Shown here: positions 16,940 to 26,788 of the stretch, one piece after another
How the letters are laid out: each line of letters begins with the position of its first letter
Numbering within the stretch: position 1 is the stretch's first letter
IMG/VR virus record: IMGVR_UViG_3300025389_001023
Location: 50,542 to 114,541 of that record
Strand: one strand, 5' to 3'
From: a virus
Taxonomy: Duplodnaviria; Caudoviricetes
Length of the DNA: 64,000 bases
Position numbers and translations under genes: made by a program
Notes under the pieces: generated by a model
The model's input: only the letters and a program-made list of their open reading frames with translations
Told to the model about the DNA's origin: nothing
Database searches by the model: none

Positions 16940-19654
16940 TTAACCAAACGTAAATAAATCATCAAATGTTGATTTTGTGTTTGTACTGGAACGCAAGTCC
17001 CAATCTAACACGCCTAACAAATTATCAATCTTTTCATCGACCAATGTTTTTTCCATTTCATCATCATCAAATGGTAATTCTGTGAACCATGCAGGAAGTC
17101 TTAACTCATCTGTTGGATAAGCAATACTCGTAAAGCCAAGTGCGTTGGGTTTAAGTTTACAAACAATAACCTTCATACCATCAACAATTTTTTGACTATA
17201 CTGGTCACTATTGACTCTACGTAAATAATTATAGTTCAGTGCCGCACGAACATGACCGGGCATGTTTTCACGACCTTTTTTACTATTGGCTTCCTTTTCA
17301 CCATACATGGTTAGTTTGTTGACTGATTTAGGACTACCTTTCGTCCATGCTGGACGCATAGATAATTCACGTTTAAACTTCTTAACAAGTTCAATAACTT
17401 CGTCACGACCTTTACCTTGTTGTATAACCATAGCCAGTACGTCCATTAAGAATTCCTGAACATATTTAGGCGTATCAGCACGTTTCAAGTCAAGACCCAT
17501 AGCTTTGATATCGCCTTGCTTACCGTCTTTGTCTTTACGCTTACCCTCTTTATCAAAGATATTGATAGCATAACGTTTTTTTGTAATAAAGATGCTACGA
17601 TCACCGATCAACTCACGACCAGCTTTGATAATTTCACCATTCTTACGTGGTGCATGAAATGCACGTTCCATAAATGCAGGAAAACTAGCATTAGCCTCGT
17701 CAGCAATACTATCATATAAACCAATACAGGTTTCTTTATCCCAAGTTAATTCACCACTTGCTATTTGTTCTTTAAGCGATGGAAACGCAGTAAAATAACA
17801 GCTATCAGTATCACCGTAAACAATTGCTTCTCCTTCATGTGTGTATTCGCCAGTCACAGTTTGATTGATTTGGCTCATCATGTGACGAACGATTTGGCGA
17901 CCACTTAATGTAACACTTTGTCCTATGCGTTTATCATAGAAACGGCAATGTTCATTCAATAGTGCGCCATATGCAGAGTTAAGCAAAATCTTACGAACCA
18001 GTTGTCTTTTGTCCCAGTATTCTCTATCGTCACTGGTCGTTGCCTCTTTGAGTTTTTTCTGCATTGCTTTTCTATCACTATACCAGCGTGTTAATAAGCC
18101 AGGTACAATACCCTCTTTTTCATTGGTAAAAATTGTACCGTTCGCACTCAACATCCATGGTCTATGACTGTCAAAAATCATTTTCCATATCTCAGCCGCA
18201 CTATATTCTTCGCTACGACCATCTTCATAGTCAATAATCAATGTAGTGCCACGTTCTTGGTTCATAATAGCAGTATATTCTAAACAGCCAAATAAACCTT
18301 CCCACAAGATAGCACCACCCACCTCATCATCACCGTCTTTATATCTTTTCTTTTCTTGGGCTAATCGTAAACCCTTTTCTTTCATGTATTGGGCTGTAAG
18401 AGTTTGCCTAACTTGACCGACGATTGTTTCTCCTGCCATGTTGAGGGCCCTAATAACCGAGGGATAGAGCGAGTTGATATCGACTGCACCGACCCATTCA
18501 TGCATTCCTCTTTTGGGCGTAGCAACATAGGCACCTGCCGCTTGTTGTTCATCTTCATGTTCACTTCTCCTTTTTTTGTCTGGAACTACTAAACCTCGTT
18601 CGTGTGCCTCATTGAAAATTGCCATTTCAATCATAGCTACACTACCCATTACTGTTGGCAGTAATACTGTATTCTCATGCGCTAATTGATTAGCCAGTTC
18701 TAAGAATTTAAGTTTATTGTGAATTTTAACTAACAACATAGTATCCTGACGATTGTATTCAACAAATGTTTTGAAGTCTTTGTTATACAATTGGTCAAGA
18801 GTACCTTCGTATTGTGTCTTGTTTTCTCCTACTTCCATTTCACCAATAGCATCTAGTTTATAGCTATGGCGACTTTCGTAGTTGTACTTCTTGTAGAGTT
18901 GTAGATAGTCCATGTGAATGCGACCAACTAAATCATACGTTTGTTCTTCTTTACCAAAACGTTCGTATGCACGTGGTTTGGGAAGTTGTCCCAATAAACA
19001 AAACTTACGTGTATCGTCTTTACTCATCACACGTGTAACACGATTGACCATGTAAGGTATATCATAGCCTTCTGAATTCCAACCAGTCAACACATCAGCA
19101 TCTTCAATCAACTGAAAAAATGTATCAAACATGTCTTTTTCGTTATTGAAAATAATAGTGTTTTCAAATTGACTTACAGTTTCTTGTGCAGTTTCACTAC
19201 TCATGCTCTTTGGCGGAATAACTAATGTTACCAACAAGTCTTGCCAATCCAAATACATACTGATAGCAGTTACTGGATTAAATGGATCGCTTGTAGGACT
19301 AAAACCCTTTTCAGGATCAAAGTCTACTTCAATGTCAAAAAAACATGTGTGTAGTTTGGGCGCATCTACTTTAAGATAGTTTTCGCTTAGACAACGAAAC
19401 ACTACATTAACGTCACTTTCAAAGAGTGGTTTATTTGAATGAATGCGTTTTTCTTTTTCAAACTCTTGGCGTTTTCTAGTACTAAAACGTGATAAGGGAT
19501 CTCCATAGATGCTACGGTATTTACCCTTGTTGTCGGGATAATAAAATACATAATTAGCAGGATACTCGTTGTAGTAACGTTTACCGTCACTACCACGTTC
19601 AACTACGAAAATTCTATCGTTATCCCTGCTATGTATCGCATCCACATAACTCAA
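16940..19654 (-). CDS. polB: family B DNA polymerase (TTG start)
   Basis: exonuclease motifs FDIE, GWNSEGYD and YNRQD; polymerase motifs DINSLYPS, KILLNSAYG, YGDTDS and KKRY. Confidence 0.97.
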   Translation of the reverse strand: MSYVDAIHSRDNDRIFVVERGSDGKRYYNEYPANYVFYYPDNKGKYRSIYGDPLSRFSTRKRQEFEKEKRIHSNKPLFESDVNVVFRCLSENYLKVDAPKLHTCFFDIEVDFDPEKGFSPTSDPFNPVTAISMYLDWQDLLVTLVIPPKSMSSETAQETVSQFENTIIFNNEKDMFDTFFQLIEDADVLTGWNSEGYDIPYMVNRVTRVMSKDDTRKFCLLGQLPKPRAYERFGKEEQTYDLVGRIHMDYLQLYKKYNYESRHSYKLDAIGEMEVGENKTQYEGTLDQLYNKDFKTFVEYNRQDTMLLVKIHNKLKFLELANQLAHENTVLLPTVMGSVAMIEMAIFNEAHERGLVVPDKKRRSEHEDEQQAAGAYVATPKRGMHEWVGAVDINSLYPSVIRALNMAGETIVGQVRQTLTAQYMKEKGLRLAQEKKRYKDGDDEVGGAILWEGLFGCLEYTAIMNQERGTTLIIDYEDGRSEEYSAAEIWKMIFDSHRPWMLSANGTIFTNEKEGIVPGLLTRWYSDRKAMQKKLKEATTSDDREYWDKRQLVRKILLNSAYGALLNEHCRFYDKRIGQSVTLSGRQIVRHMMSQINQTVTGEYTHEGEAIVYGDTDSCYFTAFPSLKEQIASGELTWDKETCIGLYDSIADEANASFPAFMERAFHAPRKNGEIIKAGRELIGDRSIFITKKRYAINIFDKEGKRKDKDGKQGDIKAMGLDLKRADTPKYVQEFLMDVLAMVIQQGKGRDEVIELVKKFKRELSMRPAWTKGSPKSVNKLTMYGEKEANSKKGRENMPGHVRAALNYNYLRRVNSDQYSQKIVDGMKVIVCKLKPNALGFTSIAYPTDELRLPAWFTELPFDDDEMEKTLVDEKIDNLLGVLDWDLRSSTNTKSTFDDLFTFG

Positions 19655-19911
19655 AGTGTTTTACCCACTGTTTCTAAGATTGTGTTTAATTCTTCGTTGT
19701 CGGCGTTTGTCTGTGTAAGACTTGCCTTGTGTGCGATACGAATTGCTTTTTTAAGTACACTAGGTTTTACTTCTAGTTCTTCTGCAATTGCTTTTACTGT
19801 ATCTGATAACCCTTCGTTGAGTGTTTCAACTTCTTGCATGACTGCCATGCCTTCGTTGATAAGTTGGGTTAGTTTAATCTTTTGGTCACCGCTAAACATT
19901 CTTGCTGCCAT
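19651..19911 (-). CDS. T4 DsbA-like dsDNA-binding protein
   Basis: 86-aa helical protein; the EELEV...KKAIRIAHK pattern resembles T4 DsbA. Confidence 0.6.
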   Translation of the reverse strand: MAARMFSGDQKIKLTQLINEGMAVMQEVETLNEGLSDTVKAIAEELEVKPSVLKKAIRIAHKASLTQTNADNEELNTILETVGKTL

Positions 19912-19935
19912 ATAAACTCCTATAAAGAAGTACTT

Positions 19936-19964
19936 ATTATACGACAGTTGTGCAACAAAGTCAA
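19936..19964 (-). promoter_or_regulatory. sigma70-type promoter for the dsbA-polB operon
   Basis: TTGACT-17 nt-TATAAT. Confidence 0.8.
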
Positions 19965-19988
19965 ACTTTTTGCGAAATTAGGTTACCG

Positions 19989-20558
19989 TTATTGGAAAAT
20001 TTCGTGATGTTCTCTACCAAATATCTTGATGTATTTACCGGCAAGCATGTCAGCCATAACTTCAATTGGGCTACCCGGGTAACTATCGTTTGGGCCAATC
20101 ATGCCCAATTCGCCCTGACGGCAATGAACCATTTCATGAAATATTGTACGCATGATGTCTACCATGTTACGATTTTTTACGTATACCCAAATTTCATTAC
20201 TACCTTGAACATGTGATCCAGTGTGATGATTGTCTTGGGCATCTTTGGTATCGTTACTAAAAATAATTTTGGGTATTGTGTTTAGATGTAATCTACCTGC
20301 TGTCCATTTAATAAACTTTTGCATTACGGGGTCATGATTTAAGTCATCATCTTCATCAAGTTTGTGTTTAATAAAACTATCAGGGGTATTATATTTCTTT
20401 TTAAAATAATCGTACAATTCTTTGGTACTTATACCATGTCTATTAGAAATTTTTCTTATCAATGTATCGATGGTATCATACTTGTGTTTTTGCAGAGATG
20501 GCAAGGTTTTTACCAAATCACTGGCTGCGGATTCATTGATAACTTGATGTATCTTCAT
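19989..20558 (-). CDS. two-module protein: helical module plus zincin (HExxH) metallopeptidase-like domain
   Basis: RTIFHEMVH..Q and downstream E..A; N-terminus MKIHQVINE. Confidence 0.7.
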   Translation of the reverse strand: MKIHQVINESAASDLVKTLPSLQKHKYDTIDTLIRKISNRHGISTKELYDYFKKKYNTPDSFIKHKLDEDDDLNHDPVMQKFIKWTAGRLHLNTIPKIIFSNDTKDAQDNHHTGSHVQGSNEIWVYVKNRNMVDIMRTIFHEMVHCRQGELGMIGPNDSYPGSPIEVMADMLAGKYIKIFGREHHEIFQ

Positions 20559-20559
20559 A

Positions 20560-20796
20560 TTACCCTAAGAATGAAACGATTTCCATTACGCCAAAAACCA
20601 ATGCAGAACGTAATTGCATGTCTGCGGATTCGGCATCTAATTTTTCAGTATTGATTAAATCTAATAAGATTTCTTTTGCTTCGGCAGGTTGAATTTGACC
20701 TTGCTCTAGTGCTTGTCTTACTTGCAGTGCATATTGGGCACGTGCTGCCGCCCATTGTTGACCTGAACCTACTACTTGATTTAGTGCGTCTGACAT
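20560..20796 (-). CDS. hypothetical protein
   Basis: 78 aa, GGAG RBS. Confidence 0.7.
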   Translation of the reverse strand: MSDALNQVVGSGQQWAAARAQYALQVRQALEQGQIQPAEAKEILLDLINTEKLDAESADMQLRSALVFGVMEIVSFLG

Positions 20797-21189
20797 TTAA
20801 AATCTCCCTTGAACGGCTTTTGCTATCATGTCTGCTTGTTGTACAAACAGTTTTTGTTTTATATCACAATATAAAGGACTTACGGGTCCTGCATTAACTC
20901 TATCTTTAAATTCACCGTATGTGGTAGTAAACGTAGTTGTTAGTTTTAATACATCTTTGGTGTTTTTAGTTTGACTGTATATAGTCAACCATTGCAATGG
21001 TATTTCAATAGACTCTAGTTGTGGCTGTAATGGTTTACTGCAATCAAGGCGTCTTGAATAAAGTTGTAAATCAGTTACTACTTTGCTTTGATTGTCGTCC
21101 CAAAAGCTAGGAATCATATCTTTTACTGATTGTACCGTGCTACATGCTGTTAAACAAGAAACAGCTAGGATTATAAGTAATTTTTTCAT
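20797..21189 (-). CDS. lipoprotein (start MKKLLII at 21189)
   Basis: signal peptide with LTAC lipobox; TAAATA box at 21195-21200. Confidence 0.75.
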   Translation of the reverse strand: MKKLLIILAVSCLTACSTVQSVKDMIPSFWDDNQSKVVTDLQLYSRRLDCSKPLQPQLESIEIPLQWLTIYSQTKNTKDVLKLTTTFTTTYGEFKDRVNAGPVSPLYCDIKQKLFVQQADMIAKAVQGRF

Positions 21190-21208
21190 ATCAGTATTTA
21201 TCAAAAAA

Positions 21209-21300
21209 TGCTCACTTTCGAGTACTTCGGGCACGACTCCTATCTCCTCGGGCCAGCAGCCGGCCACACCGCAACCCGAAGGTCCTAAGGTAGGTGTTCT
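21209..21300 (-). ncRNA. candidate structured RNA (GC-rich intergenic element)
   Basis: GC-rich island in AT-rich DNA; ACACC/GGTGT stem, cUUCGg hairpin, GGCC/GGCC and CGAG/CTCG stems. Confidence 0.5.
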
Positions 21301-21803
21301 TATATAAGTGCGATTGCCCACTTCTGAAACACTTTGCACAACTCACGTATTTTTTCATTGCGTGTTTCTTCAATATGATATTTTTTATGTTTATAGGCTT
21401 CTGTCTCATCTTCAGTGGGGTCAACATATCCACAATAAACTTTCCTAATATTGCTATGATTTATTAAATCTGTGCAACTATCGCCTTCACGTTTATCAGC
21501 CATTTTATTGTGATATGTACTGCATGGGCTTAGTGTTGTAATACATATGCTACCCTCTGGAACTTTACCATGTTTAGCTTCGTATTTTTCAATAGCGGCA
21601 CGTTCAGCATGTACTCTAGTGTAACCATCATTGTAATAATTTACTGCGTATACGGTGTTATTGTCAGGGTCAAGTATGCAACTACCTACATAGCCGTAAT
21701 AGTCGCTATCCTTCTTTTGCCCTTCAACAATCATTTCACATAATTTGATGAGTATATTGTCTAGTTTTTTGTGGCTGTGTATTTGAAAATCAGTTAGTTT
21801 CAT
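21300..21803 (-). CDS. cytidine/dCMP deaminase-fold protein
   Basis: VHAE and TLSPC...SC zinc motifs, with an insertion between the two Cys. Confidence 0.8.
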   Translation of the reverse strand: MKLTDFQIHSHKKLDNILIKLCEMIVEGQKKDSDYYGYVGSCILDPDNNTVYAVNYYNDGYTRVHAERAAIEKYEAKHGKVPEGSICITTLSPCSTYHNKMADKREGDSCTDLINHSNIRKVYCGYVDPTEDETEAYKHKKYHIEETRNEKIRELCKVFQKWAIALI

Positions 21804-22479
21804 ATAAATTAAGAGAATATGTATTAAATCTCTTTAATCTATTTATGAATTCAGTAGTCTTTTCTGTAACTACACCAGTCAACTGAAATGTAACTCTTGG
21901 GTTATGTCCTGCGTTTGCTGTGCTGTGTGGTACATTCTTCCAATCAAATGTAGTAACATCTCCTGCACGCCATTGACTAAAATTGTAATTACCATAACTC
22001 CAAAAATGTCCTTGTTCCCAATCTGTTAATTGAATCATTATACGCATAATACGCCATGGTTCTTCAGGAGCCCATTTTTCTAATTTGTCTAGGTGCAAGT
22101 TCCAAACTTCGCCGGGCATCTGTACATGTATACGTTCCATGCAATCATCAAGGCCAAATAAGTTACTCATTTCTTTTAGTACCGGCGGAATGTTCCAATT
22201 AAGATGTGTAATCTTATAGTCTTTCCCATATCCTGTTTTTTCTAAATCATATTCTTCTGCGAGTGAATCTTCACGCGGTGCCATTACACCCTCGCCTTTA
22301 TACCCACGTGTTTCCCAAGTAGCCGATTTGCTATTGTCAATAATAGTCTTTAATTCACTAGACCAATCTCCCTTGATAGTTCCCAATCTGATTACCGTAT
22401 CATAATTATTATCCATTTTGAAATTATCAAAGTGGTACTTGCTTAGTGCTTTTCTTGTTTCCCAACTACTTGTTGTCAT
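21790..22479 (-). CDS. 2OG-Fe(II)/cupin dioxygenase-like protein
   Basis: HLD and PHSTANAG..PRVT metal/2OG motifs. Confidence 0.7.
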   Translation of the reverse strand: MTTSSWETRKALSKYHFDNFKMDNNYDTVIRLGTIKGDWSSELKTIIDNSKSATWETRGYKGEGVMAPREDSLAEEYDLEKTGYGKDYKITHLNWNIPPVLKEMSNLFGLDDCMERIHVQMPGEVWNLHLDKLEKWAPEEPWRIMRIMIQLTDWEQGHFWSYGNYNFSQWRAGDVTTFDWKNVPHSTANAGHNPRVTFQLTGVVTEKTTEFINRLKRFNTYSLNLYETN

Positions 22480-22480
22480 T

Positions 22481-23104
22481 TTATTCTCCTAATCCGCTTA
22501 CTTTACGTACAAGAATATCTAGTTCTTGACGTTCTACTGCATTAAAATATTTTTTATTAGAATCATTTTCTAATATTTTGTCTATCCGATTATCATATGA
22601 TATCGGAAAATTTAATTGCTTACTTAAACTCTTAATGTATTTATCCTTATATAGATATAACAATTCATGGCTCAGATAGACGGGGTCAAGTGTGTTTAGA
22701 TAATCTAATTCTGTTTGAAAATCAGGATAGCTATATCTATCTCTTACACGCTCTTGTTGATATTTAATGATGTTTTTGTCTCTGCCTATAATTCCTATTT
22801 TAACTTCAATATTTAATTTGTTCAAAGTTTCTATAAACTCTTTATACTTGGGTATTGATACCACACCTTTGTTAGCATAAGGGCAACTGATACTTGTCAC
22901 ATAATAATCATGTGTACTCCAATCTTTTTCTAATAAAAGAGTTGGATCGTTCCAATATTGTGCAAAGGGTTCATTATCATGAGGGTCCCAGTATTGTTCT
23001 AGTAACTTATCCCAAGCATAAACATCTTTGTGTAGTGCAAATATTTTACTGAATAAATGATTACCAGAACCTTGCGGCCCGGTAATAATCAATAACTGCT
23101 TCAT
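22481..23104 (-). CDS. sulfotransferase-like / P-loop protein
   Basis: LIITGPQGSGNH and IIGRD motifs. Confidence 0.5.
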   Translation of the reverse strand: MKQLLIITGPQGSGNHLFSKIFALHKDVYAWDKLLEQYWDPHDNEPFAQYWNDPTLLLEKDWSTHDYYVTSISCPYANKGVVSIPKYKEFIETLNKLNIEVKIGIIGRDKNIIKYQQERVRDRYSYPDFQTELDYLNTLDPVYLSHELLYLYKDKYIKSLSKQLNFPISYDNRIDKILENDSNKKYFNAVERQELDILVRKVSGLGE

Positions 23105-23721
23105 ATCAATGTAACTCTTACATCAGATTGTCCATAATCTTGGAAATATTCTTTAGGAGGTAAATCAATCTTTAACAACTTACATAATGCATGATTTGTT
23201 AGTGGTGCTGAACCCTTATACGTTAACATGGCATTAACAATACCTTGATTTTGTTCTTTGATGATAGTTGCCATTGTTTTTAAGTTTTTGTAATAACCTG
23301 CATAACTAGGATATGTGATATCAAAGTGACCGCACTTTACCCACCATCCTAAACAAGCATCATCAGGACGATGCACTAAAATTATAGGACATTCAGGCCA
23401 ATACATTTTTAAGAATTCAATATTATTTGCAAACACATGACTTTTAATAATGCGAATGCCTTTTCCTTTAAAGGGCCTATCAAACTCTGCCTCACATTTA
23501 TCTTTGGGATAATTTTTAATGTTATCAAAAAAACTACCAAACTCCATGCCTGGATCAAAGTACGCACCTAAATGCATCAAGTCCATTTTACCACTAGCAT
23601 CGTGATAATATGTACGTTCATCACTATAGTCGCTGTTGTCAATGTCAGGACTATAGTAGATGTTTTTAGTTACTGAACTCCACTTACTGCCAGGAGCACC
23701 GGCTACAAATATATATTTCAT
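23101..23721 (-). CDS. sulfotransferase-like protein
   Basis: FVAGAPGSKWS, IIKSH and ILVHRP (5'-PSB/3'-PB-like layout). Confidence 0.5.
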   Translation of the reverse strand: MKYIFVAGAPGSKWSSVTKNIYYSPDIDNSDYSDERTYYHDASGKMDLMHLGAYFDPGMEFGSFFDNIKNYPKDKCEAEFDRPFKGKGIRIIKSHVFANNIEFLKMYWPECPIILVHRPDDACLGWWVKCGHFDITYPSYAGYYKNLKTMATIIKEQNQGIVNAMLTYKGSAPLTNHALCKLLKIDLPPKEYFQDYGQSDVRVTLI

Positions 23722-24773
23722 TTTGCGATACTTGCTATACTGTCTTTATAAATAGCGTTTTGTTTGAACACAGTACTGTTCCACCATACTAAATTCTTTA
23801 ATGCTTTCTTTGTAGTCAATTTTTCTAAATATTTCATAGCATCGTTAACTTGTGAACCAACTAAGAATTCATATTTGCCGTTATCTTTTTCAATGATTTC
23901 CATTGATTCTTTATCAGCTAACATTTCTTTTAGAGCTTTACGCAATTTGTCGGCATTAGGATTGCCCTTGTTTACCCACAAACTCTTTTGTAGGACATCA
24001 CGCCAGTTCTTTACCAACATATATGTGTCATACAATTCACCCTTAGGATACTTACCCCACTTAGCTTTGTATGCTTCCTCAAAAAATTGTTCTTTAGGGA
24101 AGTTAGGATCGGCAACTACTTTACCTGTTTTAATGTTTAATATACCTTCATTGAACCATGGACCAACGTTAGGTATAGTAGTAAAGAACTTTAAGTAAGC
24201 ACTAGGTGTTTCACGCATAGCAGTTAATTCACCTCTAGCAAGTGATAATCTACGTTCACCTGCATTCATGCCAGGAATAAATTTTACGTTTTTATTATTG
24301 TAACATTGTGCATATGCTTCTATGTTAGGTAGTTCACCGCACAATAATAATGTCATAGCCAACATATCAGGATTGTTTCCTGAACCTGCGGCAAAACGTA
24401 AGTCTTGATAAACATCACGGTCTGTTCTACGTACAGTTTCAATCGTAATATTCATTGCACCAATTGCTTCCCAATCTTTATAGTCATAGCGAACATCTTC
24501 TACTAGATAACTTTCGGCATTACCACCGTGTGCAACCATAACAGTTTTGTTATCAAATCTCAATGTATCTTGAAATTTGTTTGCCCCTGGGATATCTCTT
24601 GCACCGGGGATATGTTGAATAACAATTTTTTCACCTAGTTTCTTTTCTAATTCGTGTGCAACAATACTTGTCCATACACTTGTACCTGCACCAGGTTCTT
24701 GTGGTACAACAAATGTATAATCAGCATGTGCTAACCCACTAGCTAGTAATAACGACAATAATAACTTTTTCAT
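23718..24773 (-). CDS. tctC: TctC/Bug-type periplasmic substrate-binding protein
   Basis: signal peptide MKKLLLSLLLASGLAHA; FVVPQEPGAGTS and HIPGA motifs; next to tctA. Confidence 0.75.
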   Translation of the reverse strand: MKKLLLSLLLASGLAHADYTFVVPQEPGAGTSVWTSIVAHELEKKLGEKIVIQHIPGARDIPGANKFQDTLRFDNKTVMVAHGGNAESYLVEDVRYDYKDWEAIGAMNITIETVRRTDRDVYQDLRFAAGSGNNPDMLAMTLLLCGELPNIEAYAQCYNNKNVKFIPGMNAGERRLSLARGELTAMRETPSAYLKFFTTIPNVGPWFNEGILNIKTGKVVADPNFPKEQFFEEAYKAKWGKYPKGELYDTYMLVKNWRDVLQKSLWVNKGNPNADKLRKALKEMLADKESMEIIEKDNGKYEFLVGSQVNDAMKYLEKLTTKKALKNLVWWNSTVFKQNAIYKDSIASIAK

Positions 24774-24781
24774 AATTTTCC

Positions 24782-26236
24782 TCAATAATAGTTAAGTTTT
24801 GTTTTGCTAAAAAATACCCCATACAATATGGAAATAAATGTAGCAATTAATAATCCAATTGCAATTGGATGATGTAATATTTCTTCAAGTTGATATATAG
24901 TAAAGAATTGCTTACCTACCAATTCAATACGTGGGCTTAGTACAAATCCAATAAGTACACATGCTCTACTAATCTTGAAGTATTTAAGTACCAATCCTAA
25001 CACCGTACAAAAAATCAACATAGCATAATCTTCCCAACCCCCGGTGTACTCAGCACAACTCCAAAAGATTAGTGCAATTAATGGAACAAAATAATACATT
25101 ACTGGCACACGTGTTAATAATGTAGCCCAACGTATAAACAATAAACTTATAAAGAATGTTATTGTTAAACTTAATATGAAACTATAGTTTAGTGCATGAA
25201 AGAATTTTGGATCAGCAAGTAATGTAGGACTACCCATTTCTAATCCAACATACATAAACAAACTCATAACGATAACTTCAAATGGTGCCGCTGGCACACC
25301 AAACAATATAGTAGGAACGTATGCAGTTGACTTTTGAGCCATGTTAGCTCCTTCTGCACCTACTACACCCCTGATATTACCATCACCAAATTTAGTAGTA
25401 TCATTTTTCCCTGCCGCAACTGTTTGACTATATGCTATCCAATCTACTACGGCACCACCTACACCTGGCAACAATCCAATGAATCCACCTATTAATCCTG
25501 AACGCATACTATCCCAACGATAACGCCACGCATCTTTTGCACCCTGATACATTTGACTAATGATATTATTTGATTGCGGAGTAAATTCTGCTTTTTTGAA
25601 TAGCGCCTCTAATATTTCAGGCATTGCTAATAGTCCTGACAATAATGGTAGCACTTGTATACCATGTGCAAGATAAAACCAACCACCTGTAAAACGTTCG
25701 GCATTGGTAACTGGATCGGTGCCAACTAGTCCTAAAAACAATCCTAAGGCAACCCCCAATAAACCCCTAAACCAATATTTGTTATTTACAAATGTAACTG
25801 TTGTCAATGCAAGTAATATAAAGCATAACATTTCAGGTATACCAAAATATAACACAACATTTGCATAGTAGGGTAAGAATGCAAACACTAATATACCCCA
25901 TAATAAACCTTGACCACATGCGCTAAAGATACTAGCACTTAATGCTCTTGCGCCCTCACCTCGTTTGGCTAATGGAAATCCATCTACCATAGTTGCGGCA
26001 CTTCCGCCACCACCGGGTATGTTCATTACTACACTTGCAAACAAATCACCAATACTAGATGATATCACTAACGCAGTAGTGAACACTACCAATGAGTATG
26101 GATCAGCACGAAAATAATCAATGAATGCATATATTGTTAGCAAGCCTGTGGTAGCCCCTGCAATTGGAATTATCCCAAAGATAAAACCATATATTGTGCC
26201 TGCTAACAAATAGGGTATGTAGTGTATATAATCCAT
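24782..26236 (-). CDS. tctA: tripartite tricarboxylate transporter large subunit
   Basis: multi-TM; NIPG...AAT..DGFPLA..G, GLVGTDP....RFT, GLLPGVG and GVVGAEGAN motifs. Confidence 0.92.
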   Translation of the reverse strand: MDYIHYIPYLLAGTIYGFIFGIIPIAGATTGLLTIYAFIDYFRADPYSLVVFTTALVISSSIGDLFASVVMNIPGGGGSAATMVDGFPLAKRGEGARALSASIFSACGQGLLWGILVFAFLPYYANVVLYFGIPEMLCFILLALTTVTFVNNKYWFRGLLGVALGLFLGLVGTDPVTNAERFTGGWFYLAHGIQVLPLLSGLLAMPEILEALFKKAEFTPQSNNIISQMYQGAKDAWRYRWDSMRSGLIGGFIGLLPGVGGAVVDWIAYSQTVAAGKNDTTKFGDGNIRGVVGAEGANMAQKSTAYVPTILFGVPAAPFEVIVMSLFMYVGLEMGSPTLLADPKFFHALNYSFILSLTITFFISLLFIRWATLLTRVPVMYYFVPLIALIFWSCAEYTGGWEDYAMLIFCTVLGLVLKYFKISRACVLIGFVLSPRIELVGKQFFTIYQLEEILHHPIAIGLLIATFISILYGVFFSKTKLNYY

Positions 26237-26787
26237 TAAAATTTCATTAAGTTTTGTATTTCATCTGGTAGCCAATGGTCTTCAGTTCTTTCAGGGTGCC
26301 ATACTACGCCTGCAACATTTCCATCAATCCATGCTTCACAATCACCGTCTACATCACGTGCTAAAACTGTAGCACTTGCTTGTGGTAATTTAATGTTTAG
26401 TCCATGAAAACTATTAACATCAAATTCTTGTCCTTTATAAGTTACTTTATGTGTTATTCCACCACTGTGTCCTTCTTTCTTAGACACAGTTCCACCTAAA
26501 GTATCAGTCAGTAAAAAGCAACCATGACATACACCTAGTATAGGTTTTTGCTGTAACATCATTTGTGTTGCTAGTTTTAATTCTGTCGTGCGTCTTATTA
26601 ATCTATCATCGCCACCAGTAATAATAAAACAATCAACTTCATCGGCAATTGCCTTAAAGTTTTGGTCTAATCTATTAGGGACAAAAAAGAGCGTATGCTC
26701 TTTCAAATACGAGTACCACCCGTGTTCGATTGAATCATACGCTCTGCCTCTAAACTTAATAATGCGTTGGCTTAGAGCTATTTTCAA
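26236..26787 (-). CDS. class I glutamine amidotransferase / peptidase C26
   Basis: ITGGDD, PILGVCHG, NSFH and WHPE catalytic motifs. Confidence 0.88.
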   Translation of the reverse strand: MKIALSQRIIKFRGRAYDSIEHGWYSYLKEHTLFFVPNRLDQNFKAIADEVDCFIITGGDDRLIRRTTELKLATQMMLQQKPILGVCHGCFLLTDTLGGTVSKKEGHSGGITHKVTYKGQEFDVNSFHGLNIKLPQASATVLARDVDGDCEAWIDGNVAGVVWHPERTEDHWLPDEIQNLMKF

Positions 26788-26788
26788 A

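Noticed and set aside
16940-19654. Intein or intron in the DNA polymerase
   Set aside because: The ORF is continuous and of normal length; the insert after motif A lacks intein terminal motifs.
21209-21300. SAM-family riboswitch, twister ribozyme or tRNA
   Set aside because: Only short fragments resemble these (GCAACC, GGTCCTAAG, CCGGCTGCTGGCC), and on inconsistent strands; there is no cloverleaf or full core.
20797-21339. 180-aa version of the lipoprotein ORF, and the ORF at 21212-21433
   Set aside because: The extension runs through the GC-rich element; the signal peptide and late box support a start at 21189.
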